DNA of 64,000 nucleotides, from positions 230,226 to 294,225 of the forward strand of contig CAWGHT010000013.1 in assembly GCA_963822475.1 (NCBI GenBank), in the 5' to 3' direction. The notes beneath the pieces are model-generated. The model searched no databases, had not been told where the DNA came from, and saw only the letters and a list, made by a program, of their open reading frames with translations. The position numbers were made by a program, and so were the translations under genes. Shown one piece after another: positions 29,724 to 39,255 of this stretch (within the stretch, counting starts at the first letter, position 1; each line of letters opens with the position of its first letter). This DNA comes from an uncultured Actinomycetota bacterium. Its GTDB lineage: Bacteria > Actinomycetota > Actinomycetes > Propionibacteriales > Kribbellaceae.

Positions 29724-30466
29724 TCAGCGGTTGGTGACCTCGAAGGCGACCACGGCGGCGGCGACGGCGACGTTCAGCGACTCGACGCCGGAGTGCAGCG
29801 GGATCTGCAGGTCGGAGTCGGTGGCGACCGTGATCCCGTTGGTCTCGCCGCCGAGCACGTACACCGCGCGCGGCGCGAGCTCGGTCTTGAACAGCGAGTC
29901 GCTGCGAACGCGCCGACAGCCCGTACACGTGGTACCCGGCGTTCCGCAGTACGTCGACTGCCGCCTTGCGCCGTCGACGTGTTCACGATCGGCGCCTGGA
30001 ACGCGACGCCGGCCGACGCCTTGATCACGAGCGGCCCGACGTGCGGCGTACCGGCCCGGGGGAGGATCACGCCGTCGAACCCGGCGCCGGTCGCGGTCCG
30101 CAGAATCATGCCGACGTTTCCGGGATTGGTCACGCCGTCGAGCAGGAAAACGTTGGTCGGCCGTTTTCCGCGGGCCCGCACGAACTCCTCCAGCGGCGTC
30201 ATCCGGGGCGCGTCCACGTCCGCGACCACGCCCTGGTCGTGCTTACCGTTTCCGGCCAGCCACTTCACCCGGCTGGCGGTCGCCCGCTCGACCGGCGTCC
30301 CGTACCGCTCCGCCGCCCGGAGGATCTCCTGCATCGAGTTGCCGGTCGCGTTGTCGGCGAGCACGACCTTCGCCACCGACAGGCTCGGGTCGTGCAGCGC
30401 CTCCAGCACGGGCTTGCGCCCGTAGACGGTGATCCACTTGTCGCGAGGCGATTTCTTCGAATCCAC
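29724..30466 (-). pseudogene. TrmH/SpoU family RNA methyltransferase with two +1 frameshifts (near 29965 and 29905)
   Basis: LDGVTNPGNVGMILRT, KASAG; C-terminal VLGGETNG and VESLNVAVAA lie in shifted frames. Confidence 0.8.
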
Positions 30467-30470
30467 CCGC

Positions 30471-30767
30471 CTACCGTAGCGCCGGGTTCGTTGCCTTACC
30501 GTCCAGCCAGAGCATGTTGCTCGGGTCCGAGTGCGTGCCCTTGCTGCCGACGTGCTTGTCGCTGATCTGCGCGCCGTTCTTGATCACCTGCACCAGCGCC
30601 ATTCCGTGGCCGCGGCCGAGGTCGTAGTCCGCCTTCAGCCAGTCGAGGATCGTGCCGGACTTCACGTCGGCGGCGCCGTACCCGCGCTGATGAGCCTCGT
30701 CGACCAGCTCCCGCGGGGTCTTTCCGGTCTTTTCCTCGATCTTGTCCAAGTACGCCTGGAACGACAT
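30471..30767 (-). CDS. DUF4287 domain protein
   Basis: MSFQAYLDKIEEKTGKT...WLKADYDLGRGHGMALV. Confidence 0.85.
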   Translation of the reverse strand: MSFQAYLDKIEEKTGKTPRELVDEAHQRGYGAADVKSGTILDWLKADYDLGRGHGMALVQVIKNGAQISDKHVGSKGTHSDPSNMLWLDGKATNPALR

Positions 30768-30837
30768 CGTCTTCCTCCTGAGTTGGTCGTCGTACACCAC
30801 TGCGTCGGGCGACCACCGCGGAAATCGACACGGACGA

Positions 30838-32215
30838 TCAGGAAACTTTCCGCAACACCGCGAGCACAGTTTCCGCCGAGAGGTCGATGTCGGCCGGCCC
30901 GGTGGTCCAGTTGGAGACCGAGATGCGCATCGCGGCCCGGCCCTGCCAGGTGGTGCCCGACATCCAGCAGGTGCCCTCGTCCTGGACCCCGGAGACCACG
31001 CGCCGGGTGACGGCGTCGTCGTCCCCGAAGCGGACCAGGACCTGGTTGAGGACCACGTCGTTCAGCACCTGTACGTCGTTGGCCGCGAGGATGTCGGCGA
31101 ACCGCTGCGCCATCGCGTGGCAGCGGTCGACGATCTCGGCGATCCCGGTGCGGCCGAGCGCCCGAATCGCGGCGTACACCGGGATGCCGCGGGCTCGCCG
31201 CGAGAACTCCGGGTTGAAGTCGAGCGGAGTCGCGTTCGCCGTTCTCGTCCTGGATCAGGTAGGCGGCGCGGATCGACATCGCGGCGCGGTGGGCCTCGGG
31301 GTGCGCGCACAGGACGAGGCCGGAGTCGTACGGCACGTTGAGCCACTTGTGCGCGTCGGTCGCCCACGAGTCGGCCAGCTCGATCCCGTCGACCTGCGCC
31401 TTGAGTTGCGAGCTGACCGCCGCCCACAGGCCGAAGGCGCCGTCGACATGCACCCAGGCCTGATGCGCGTGCGCGAGATCGCAGATCTCGGCTATCGGGT
31501 CAGATGCCCCCGTGTTCACGTTCCCGGCCTGCGCACACACGATCTGTGGCACGTCGTCCTCGAGGGCCTCCGCCAGCGCATCGGCGCGCATCCGGCCCTG
31601 CTCGTCCACCGCGATCGGCACGATGCAACTCGTCCCCAGCCCCAGGAACCGCAGCGCCCGGTCGATCGTGTCGTGCCGCTCCGCCCCGGCCAGCACACGG
31701 ATCGGAGGCGCGCCGATCAGGCCGTCCCGTTCGACGTCCCACCCGGCTCGCCGCAGTACCTCGTGCCGCGCGGCCGCCAACCCGGTGAAGTTCGCCATCT
31801 GCGCACCGGTCACGAAACCCACCGACGTACCGCGTGGCAGCCCGAAGAGCTCGACCAGCCAGCCTGCGGTGACGTCCTCGACCACGGCGGCCGCCGGTGA
31901 GGCGGCGTACAGACCCGCATTCTGGTCCCACGTCGTCGTGAGCCAGTCCGCGGCCAGCGACGCTGGTGTGGCGCCGCCGAACACGAACCCGAAGAACCGG
32001 CCGCTCCCACTCGGCAGCAGTCCGTCCTCGACCCCCTTCGCGAGCCGTGCGATCACTTCCCGCGGATCCGTCGGCCCGCTCGGCAGCGGCCCACCGAGCG
32101 TCTCGTGAAGCTCTTCGGAGCTCGCCCGCGGCCCAACTCGCCGCTCCGGAAGCCCGTCCAGGTACGCCGTCGCCCGCTCGTACGCCTCTTTGAGCGGCCC
32201 CTCCCAATCAACCAT
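30838..32215 (-). pseudogene. Group II PLP-dependent decarboxylase with a +1 frameshift near 31226
   Basis: WVHVDGAFG, DSWATDAHKWLNVPYDSG; after the shift LDFNPEFSRRARGIPVYAAIRALG. Confidence 0.85.
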
Positions 32216-32249
32216 GCCTCTTTGTACGCCTAGGGGGTAGCGTGCGCCC

Positions 32250-33419
32250 ATGCAAATCCGGAGCCGGTGGTCGGCGATCGTCGGCTATTCCCTGGTCGGC
32301 GCCGCGACCCAGCTCGTCTGGCTGAACTTCGCGGGCGTCACCACCGTCGCCGCCTCCCGGTACGGCGTGTCCGAGAGCGCGATCGGGTGGCTCGCCCAGG
32401 TCTTCCCGCTGCTGTACGTCGTACTCGCGATCCCATGCGGCCTCGTGCTGGACCGCTGGTTCCGGGGCGGGCTGCTCGCGGGCGCCGTACTGACTGCTCT
32501 GGGCGCCGTGGTGCGGCTGATCGGCGACGACTTCGGCTGGCTGCTCGCGGGTCAGATCGTGGCGTCGATCGCGCAGCCGCTGGTCCTGAACGCGGTCACC
32601 GGCATCACCGGCCGGTACTTGCAGGAGAAGGACCGCCCCACCGGCATTGCGATCGGCACCGCCAGCATCTTCGCCGGCATGGTGATCGCCTTCCTACTCT
32701 CCGCCGTCTTCACCACCTCCTCATCCATCCCCGCCATGCTCACCGTCAGCGCCACCTTCTGCGTCCTGGCAGCGATCGTCCTCGCCATCGCCATCCGCGG
32801 ACCCGTCGAACCCCACGCCAGTCCCGAACGCGGTGCGTTAGCAGCCGCGTGGGGCGACCCGTTGATCCGCCGCCTGTGTGTGCTCGCGATCTTCCCGTTC
32901 GGCGTCTTCGTTGCCATGAGCACCTTCGCCCAAGCGCTCCTCGAACCGGCCGGCGTCAGCGGCGGCACCGCAAGCACGATCCTCCTCCTGCAGGTGATCG
33001 CCGGCGTCGTCGGCAGCGCGACCATCCCGATCCTCGTCGTACGCCGCCGCGCCGAATCCCGCCTCCTCGTCGTCAGCCTGACCGTCACCGCCGCAGCCTG
33101 CGTACTGCTCGCCCTCGCTCCGGGCGCTCTGTCCGGGTTCGTTTCGATCACCGTGATCGGCTTGCTCCTCCTTCCGGCGCTGCCGATCGTGCTCGAGCTC
33201 GTCGAGCGCCGTACCGGACAAGCCGAAGGCACCGCGGCCGGCCTGATCTGGATGGCCGGCAACCTCGGAGGCCTGGTCGTCGCGGTCGTCGTCGGCCTGC
33301 TCGTCGATCACCCGTTGGCGGCGTTCCTCGTGATGGCCGTGATCGCGCTCACCGCCCTACCGGGGGCTCGCGCTCTTCGCCGCCCGATCGCCGAACTCCG
33401 ATCGCAGTCGCAACCGTAG
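32250..33419 (+). CDS. MFS transporter
   Basis: 12-TM hydrophobic pattern. Confidence 0.85.
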   Translation: MQIRSRWSAIVGYSLVGAATQLVWLNFAGVTTVAASRYGVSESAIGWLAQVFPLLYVVLAIPCGLVLDRWFRGGLLAGAVLTALGAVVRLIGDDFGWLLAGQIVASIAQPLVLNAVTGITGRYLQEKDRPTGIAIGTASIFAGMVIAFLLSAVFTTSSSIPAMLTVSATFCVLAAIVLAIAIRGPVEPHASPERGALAAAWGDPLIRRLCVLAIFPFGVFVAMSTFAQALLEPAGVSGGTASTILLLQVIAGVVGSATIPILVVRRRAESRLLVVSLTVTAAACVLLALAPGALSGFVSITVIGLLLLPALPIVLELVERRTGQAEGTAAGLIWMAGNLGGLVVAVVVGLLVDHPLAAFLVMAVIALTALPGARALRRPIAELRSQSQP

Positions 33420-34557
33420 CGATCAACCCACCGCCTCCCGCGACGACGAACGTCGTACGGGCGTCTGTGTGCTGCAGGAGCAGCCCGCCGCACACGTACG
33501 AGATCCCGGCCGCGAGACCGATCGCGCCGTACAGATTGCCGAAGACGCGGCTGCGCAAGTGCGGTGGTACGACGCGTTGCAGGTGGGTGTTGATGCCGAC
33601 GTCGACGCCCGCGATCCCGAGCCCGCGGATCACCTGCAGCGCGAGCGCCGCCCAGATCGCCCACGCGAGACCGGTGACCAGGTTGCCGACGCTGCTCACG
33701 GCGAACCCGAGGAGGATCAGGGCCGGCATCGTCAGGCGGCCCGCGTACCGCGCCACGATCGCGAAGCCGATGATCAGCCCGATGCCCACCCCGGCGTACA
33801 ACGTCGCCGACTCCGAATCGCTCCCGTGCAGCTCGTCCTTCGCGAGGAACACCATCGCGACGTCGTCCACCCCGTTGAACACAACGGTGGCGAAGAACCC
33901 GATCCCGATGACGCGGATCTGAGCTGATCTGAGGATGTATCCCAGCCCGTCACGTGCGTCCTTGAGCACACTGTTGTTGGTCGGTTCGGACGGTGGGATC
34001 TTCGGCAGCTTGGCGAGCAGGCCCGCGGAGACGAAGAACGTCGCGGCATCGATCAGCAGGATCCCGCGTACGTCGGTCACCAGGAACAACCCCGCCGCGA
34101 TGATCGGGCCGACCGCCTCCAGCCCGTTCGTCCCCGCCCCGAGCGCCGAGTTCGCCGCCTCGAGCTGATCGTCCCGCACCAACGCCGGCATCGCACTCCG
34201 CGAAGCCGCCAGAAACACCTGCGCCGCGACACTCCTGACCGCCACCATCACCAGCAGCACCGTGAGCGGCGGAAGGATGAGGGCCATGGCGAGCGTCAGA
34301 ACGCCCTGGATGAGATCGCAAGCCACCATCACCCGCTTGAGATCGAACCGATCGCCCACCACCCCCGCGAACGCCCCGAACAACCCCGGCACAAAGTCCC
34401 CCGCCAACAGCAGCAGAGCCACCGCGATCGCGGCCCCGGTAGACGCCTGCACATAAAGCAGCAACGCCACAAGCCCCAGCGAGTCCCCCAGCACCGACAC
34501 CGCCCGAGCACCCCAAAGCCCCCGAAACGCTCCCGACCCCCGCAGCCCTCCCCACAC
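33349..34557 (-). CDS. MFS transporter (DHA3-like)
   Basis: VSVLGDSL, GVVGDRFDLKRVMVACDL, QRVVPPHLRSRVFG. Confidence 0.85.
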   Translation of the reverse strand: MWGGLRGSGAFRGLWGARAVSVLGDSLGLVALLLYVQASTGAAIAVALLLLAGDFVPGLFGAFAGVVGDRFDLKRVMVACDLIQGVLTLAMALILPPLTVLLVMVAVRSVAAQVFLAASRSAMPALVRDDQLEAANSALGAGTNGLEAVGPIIAAGLFLVTDVRGILLIDAATFFVSAGLLAKLPKIPPSEPTNNSVLKDARDGLGYILRSAQIRVIGIGFFATVVFNGVDDVAMVFLAKDELHGSDSESATLYAGVGIGLIIGFAIVARYAGRLTMPALILLGFAVSSVGNLVTGLAWAIWAALALQVIRGLGIAGVDVGINTHLQRVVPPHLRSRVFGNLYGAIGLAAGISYVCGGLLLQHTDARTTFVVAGGGGLIATVATAIGVRRSGGEEREPPVGR

Positions 34558-34584
34558 AATCCACTAGTATGTATCCGCACACCG

Positions 34585-34657
34585 GCCGGTGTGGCGCAAC
34601 TGGCAGCGCACCGCTCTTGTAAAGCGGGGGTTACGGGTTCGAGTCCCGTCACCGGCT
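34585..34657 (+). tRNA. tRNA-Thr(TGT)
   Basis: Acceptor GCCGGTG/CACCGGC, anticodon arm CCGCT-CTTGTAA-AGCGG, T arm ACGGG-TTCGAGT-CCCGT; CCA not encoded. Confidence 0.95.
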
Positions 34658-34676
34658 CTCTGACCTGGTCATATAA

Positions 34677-34699
34677 CCCGGAAGTGATGAACTTCCGGG
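34677..34699. terminator. 8-bp hairpin between the tRNA and the convergent integrase
   Basis: cccggaag-tgatgaa-cttccggg. Confidence 0.5.
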
Positions 34700-34754
34700 C
34701 CCGAACTCGCCGGTTACTCGCCGCTTTGCGACTCTCGGTCGTCCCGCGGTGCCA

Positions 34755-36030
34755 CTAGATCGCAGGTCCTTCCGGCGTTTGCCGCCCCTGCTCGTGGATG
34801 TCGCGGAGAGCCTGTTCGAGATGGCGAGCCGCCTCGGGGTTTCGGGCCCGTCGACCGACGTAGTCATCCATCGTCGTTGTCGTCTGCGCGTGCCCCAGCT
34901 GGTCTGCGATCTGTCGTGGCGACTGGCCCGACTCATCCAGTATGGTCGCTGTGGTCTTCCGGAAGACGTGTGCCGTGACCCAGCCGAGTTCGTCAGCCAG
35001 CGAGCGCATGCCGGCGAGTTCGGTCAGTTCCAGCAGCGAGGTCCGGTCGGCCCGGGGCAGCCTGTATAGGTCAGCTAGCTCGGTAGCCTCGCCGGGGTCG
35101 AGCCGTACCCGACCGGTCTCAATGAGGCTGACGCGCGTCTTGCGCCAACCGAGCTTCGTGACGACGTCGGTCTGCTTCAGCCCGGCGCTCCGCCGGTGCT
35201 GCTGAAGCACACCCGCCCTAGTTCCTGCCGACGTTGGCTTCCGACCGGTCGACGGGCCTCGCGCAGTGCCTTCTGAACGTTGTGCGGCTCCCGAAAGCCA
35301 CCCTCACTGCTAGGAAAAATGGGCTGTCCAACGGTGTTCCCGGCACCCATCTGGTCCTCAGCATGTCGAGCGCCCACTGGGGTAGCCCCAGGATGCGGTC
35401 ACCGGCCGCCGACTTGACTCTGCGCCGTATCAGCCCGTGCCCCTTGATTCTCTGGATCTGATGGCTGCAGTCGATCTCACCAGTCGTCCAATTGAGATCC
35501 TCCCAGCTCACAGCCAGACATTCGCCGATGCGCTCGCCGGTGGCCAGCATGAACTTGCACAGGTCGACCAGGTCCGCGCGGGCGGCGCGTTCGTCTTGTT
35601 CGAGCAGCTCGAACCACTGCTCTCGTTCTTCCTTCTCCAAGGCCCGGGGACGCTTGCGCGTGGACTTGCCCCCGATCTTGATCTCGCGGACCGGATTCGA
35701 CGAAATGGCTCCGTGCCTCACCGCGAGACCAAATGTTCCCGTGAGGATGCTCTTGCAGGTCTTGGCGCTCGCCACACCGACCTCATCCCTAACCTTCACG
35801 ATCACCTGGTTGACCCTGGGGATGGACGCTTCGATCAGTCGCAGCTCGCCAATGCGTGGCTCGAGATTCTTGTCGTACTGATAGCGATACGTGTCGTACG
35901 TGCCTGAGGCCAGCGCATCCTGCTCAACCTTGTCTTTGACCTCGGACAAGAACAGCTCAGCCGCAATCGAAACGCGATCCGTCGACTTCAGCTCCGCTCA
36001 AATAGCCTTGTTTGCAAGAGTTTCCGCCAT
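34755..36030 (-). pseudogene. Tyrosine integrase pseudogene (in-frame TGA near the 5' end, two -1 frameshifts) with an inserted XRE-type HTH domain
   Basis: ATGERIGE (R), VKS (K), HVFRKT (HxxR), LGH, DDY (Y) spread over three frames; next to the tRNA 3' end. Confidence 0.85.
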
Positions 36031-36124
36031 TCCTGGATCCCCAGCTAGAGCAGCCCGGGGCCCGGGTCGGGAGGCTCAAGCACCGGGCTGATTTCCGCCC
36101 GGGCGCGGTCGTAGGGCGGCGGGA

Positions 36125-36310
36125 TCACGCCGACTGCTGCGAGATGGTGGTCGTTCCGAAACGCTCGATGTGGCTCTGAACCGCCTTCGCGAGCACAGGT
36201 GCCATCGGAACGAAACGCTCCTTGTCGTTCTTGGGAAGGGCGAAGACGAACTCTTTCCCCAGACGCTTCACCTGACGCCGCACCCGACGCTCACGGTGAC
36301 TAGCGAACCG
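36125..36310 (-). pseudogene. Fragment of a second tyrosine integrase (beta2-beta3 catalytic-Lys region)
   Basis: RVRRQVKRLGKEFVFALPKNDKERFVPMAPVLAKAVQSHI. Confidence 0.6.
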
Positions 36311-36369
36311 TCGATTCGCGCTGATTGAGGTGAGTAAAGAGGTGCGCGGGAACTGCTGCCGAATTGGCG

Positions 36370-37614
36370 TCACTCTTCGATGCGAGTCTGCGGTCGTTCC
36401 TGCGTTCTCCGAGGGCGTGGGGACGACTCGTGGTCGCTTCCGGTGGGATGCCTGAGGAGGGCGAGTGCGGCTGCGGGGAAGATGAGGACGGACAGGAGGC
36501 CGGCGCAGACCAGTGCGGCGGCGGTGACCGGTGTCATCAGGCCGGTGAGGACGCCGATCTGGGTCGCGGTGACGATGAAGGGCAGCGAGGTCGCTTGCAG
36601 GAGCCCGACTGCCGCCGTCGACCGGGTGCCGAGAGTCCGTACCGACAGGTACGCCGGTACGCCGCGGACGATCAGCAACGCGAGCAGGAACAGCGGGACT
36701 CGCAGTAGCGCGGCCGGATCATCGATGAGTCCTCGCAGATCGAGGCGCAGTCCGCTGGTCACGAAGAAAACCGGGATGAGGAAGCCGTAGCCGAGGGCCT
36801 CGAGTTTGATGCGGAAGCGTGGATGTGAGGCTGCGTCGCGATCGACCAGACCGACCACGGCTCCGGCCAGGAAAGCGCCGAGGATCGTCTCCAGCCCGAA
36901 CTGTTCGGCCAGGGCGACGAACGCGACCAGGAGTACGACAGCCGCCCGGACGCGGATCTCGGCCGTGGTGTCCTGCAACCGCAGCAGCACGCCGCCGATC
37001 CGCTCCGACCGGCCGGCTGTCGCGACGACGAATCCGGTGACGATCACGAGGAGGGTGAAGAGGCCGACCATCACCAGCCGCTCACCGGCGCTACCGCCCT
37101 CGGTCGAGAGCACCAGGGACAGCACCAGTACGGCGGCGAAGTCGGCGACCGACGCGGCCGCGATGGTGAACTGTCCGACCGCGCCGTCGGCCTGGCGTGC
37201 ATCCTTGAGAACGGGCACGACGAGCCCCAGCGACGTTGCCGACAATGTGACGGCGAGCAGCAGCGCGCTCTGCACCCACCCGGCCGCGGAGAATCCGACA
37301 CCTGCGATGCCACCGAGCACCAAGGTCACGAGATAGCCGAGCACGGCCAGGCGCAGGACCTGTCCGCGAAGCTGGTGGACGTCGATCTCCAGGCCCGCCA
37401 GGAAGAGCAGGAAGCCCAACCCCAACAGAGACACGATCTGCAGCGGCACGTCGACGCTGACCAGTCCCAGGCCGTGTGGCCCGATCACGATGCCGGCCAC
37501 GATCTCCAGGACGACGGCCGGCACGCGCAGCCGCGGAGCCAGCCCGAGCAGCAGCGGAGCGAGCAATGCGATGAGCACGACCGCGAACAGATTGGTGAAC
37601 TCGACATCTGGCAT
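36370..37614 (-). CDS. Cation:proton antiporter (CPA2/Kef-type)
   Basis: LFLAGLEID, SATSLGLVVPVLKD, GFLIPVFFVTSG. Confidence 0.9.
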   Translation of the reverse strand: MPDVEFTNLFAVVLIALLAPLLLGLAPRLRVPAVVLEIVAGIVIGPHGLGLVSVDVPLQIVSLLGLGFLLFLAGLEIDVHQLRGQVLRLAVLGYLVTLVLGGIAGVGFSAAGWVQSALLLAVTLSATSLGLVVPVLKDARQADGAVGQFTIAAASVADFAAVLVLSLVLSTEGGSAGERLVMVGLFTLLVIVTGFVVATAGRSERIGGVLLRLQDTTAEIRVRAAVVLLVAFVALAEQFGLETILGAFLAGAVVGLVDRDAASHPRFRIKLEALGYGFLIPVFFVTSGLRLDLRGLIDDPAALLRVPLFLLALLIVRGVPAYLSVRTLGTRSTAAVGLLQATSLPFIVTATQIGVLTGLMTPVTAAALVCAGLLSVLIFPAAALALLRHPTGSDHESSPRPRRTQERPQTRIEE

Positions 37615-37652
37615 GTCGGTTCAGTGCCGGTGGAGCGGTCAGACGTTACAGC

Positions 37653-37883
37653 TCACTCGCGCGGGAAGGTGCGGAACGCTTCGAGCAGGCGGTCGCGGGT
37701 CTCGTCCGGGAGGCTCTCAGGTTCCACCTGGCCGACTTCGGCAACGGTACGGCGCATCTGGTCGACGTACGTCTCGCAGCCGTCGCAGATCGCCAGGTGC
37801 TCGATGAAGCGCCGTTCGGTGTCCTGGTCGAGCGCTCCTTCGAGGAAGGCGGTGACGAGTTCGACCAGCTCTGCACACGTCAT
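37653..37883 (-). CDS. zf-HC2 (ZAS) anti-sigma factor
   Basis: TCAELVELVTAFLEG...HLAICDGC (HxxxCxxC). Confidence 0.9.
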   Translation of the reverse strand: MTCAELVELVTAFLEGALDQDTERRFIEHLAICDGCETYVDQMRRTVAEVGQVEPESLPDETRDRLLEAFRTFPRE

Positions 37884-38518
37884 GACTCAACTCCGGTTGC
37901 TGCGAAGTACCGCTCGAGGCGGCTGCGCACCGCTGCCCGTGCGCGGTGCAGGAGGACGCGCTGGTTCGCCGTCGAGATGTCCAGTAGCGCGCAGACGTCG
38001 TCGGCCGTCTGGCCGTCGATGTCTCGCAGCGTCAGGACCACCTGCTGGCGGATCGGGAGACTCTGGATCGCCGCTGCCACGGTCGCTCTGACCTCGTTGG
38101 CCAGGACCTCGCTCTCGGTCGACGGCCAGCGCTCCGGAAACGCCAGCCACCCGCCCGGGTACTGGTCGTGCGGGCCACGGAACCGGTTCGAGTCGACCGT
38201 GGGGTCCCGGTCCGGGACCAGACTGGCCCACGGCACGGTGCGTTGCTCGGCGGACCCTCGTTTGCGGGCGATGTTGATCAGGATCCGGTAGACCCAGGTC
38301 TGCAGAGCGGACCGGCCCTCGAATCGCTCGATGCCCTGGAAGACGGCCAGCCAGGTGTCCTGGACGACCTCTTCGGCGCTGGCCGCGGTTGACACGAACG
38401 ACCGCGCCAGCCGCAGCATCGACCCGGACCAGCCGTTCAGCAGGCAGGCGAACATCTCCTCGTCCCCGGCCCGCAGGCCGGCGACGAGGACGTCGTCCGT
38501 CGGCAGGACCACCCCCAC
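37880..38518 (-). CDS. ECF sigma-70 factor
   Basis: AEEVVQDTW, FEGRSALQTWVYRIL, LLHRARAAVR; start approximate. Confidence 0.9.
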   Translation of the reverse strand: MGVVLPTDDVLVAGLRAGDEEMFACLLNGWSGSMLRLARSFVSTAASAEEVVQDTWLAVFQGIERFEGRSALQTWVYRILINIARKRGSAEQRTVPWASLVPDRDPTVDSNRFRGPHDQYPGGWLAFPERWPSTESEVLANEVRATVAAAIQSLPIRQQVVLTLRDIDGQTADDVCALLDISTANQRVLLHRARAAVRSRLERYFAATGVES

Positions 38519-38541
38519 AGGCCGACCGTACAGGAGAATGG

Positions 38542-39246
38542 TCAGCGGTACTCCGGGTTCTCGAAGTCGAAACGGCAGCCGGCGTCCCATTCGGACCGCT
38601 GGTTGCCGTGGGCAGGGATCCCGCCCGCGTCCTTGAGCATCCTGGCCAGGTGCAACAGGTTCCAGGTCATGAACGTGGTGTTGCGGTTGGTGAAGTCGTT
38701 CTCCGGTCCGCCGGAGTCCATGTCCAGGTACGACGGGCCCGGGCCGGCCTCGCCGATCCAGCCGGCGTCGGCCTGCGGCGGGATCGTGTAGCCGAGGTGC
38801 TGCAGCGAGTAGAGGACGTTCTGAGCGCAGTGCTTCACGCCGTCCTCGTTGCCGGTGATCAGGCAGCCGCCGACGCGGCCGTAGTACGCGTACTGCCCGT
38901 GCTCGTTGAGGATCGAAGAGTTGCCGTACAAGCGCTCGATCACCTGCTTGGTGACCGAGCTGTTGTCGCCCAGCCAGATCGGTCCGGCGATCACCAGGAT
39001 GTCAGCGGCCATCACCTGCTCCTGGATCGGCGGCCAGTCGTCCTTCGCCCAGCCGTGTTCGGTCATGTCCGGCCAGACGCCGGTGGCGATGTCGTGGTCG
39101 ATCGCGCGGATCACGTCGACCTGGACGCCTTGCTTGTCCATGATCTTCCGGCTGACGTCGATGAGTCCCTCGGTGTGGCTGACGGCGGGGGACCGTTTCA
39201 GGGTGCAGTTCAGGTACAGCGCGCGCAGGTCGTCGTACTCGGGCAT
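38542..39246 (-). CDS. Flavodoxin/NAD(P)H-dependent FMN reductase family protein
   Basis: NCTLKRSP, ADILVIAGPIWLG, ITGNEDG. Confidence 0.88.
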   Translation of the reverse strand: MPEYDDLRALYLNCTLKRSPAVSHTEGLIDVSRKIMDKQGVQVDVIRAIDHDIATGVWPDMTEHGWAKDDWPPIQEQVMAADILVIAGPIWLGDNSSVTKQVIERLYGNSSILNEHGQYAYYGRVGGCLITGNEDGVKHCAQNVLYSLQHLGYTIPPQADAGWIGEAGPGPSYLDMDSGGPENDFTNRNTTFMTWNLLHLARMLKDAGGIPAHGNQRSEWDAGCRFDFENPEYR

Positions 39247-39255
39247 GGCTTTCTC

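Noticed and set aside
35998-36000. Selenocysteine or read-through at the in-frame TGA of the integrase
   Set aside because: The same gene has two further frameshifts and no SECIS-like hairpin; ordinary decay
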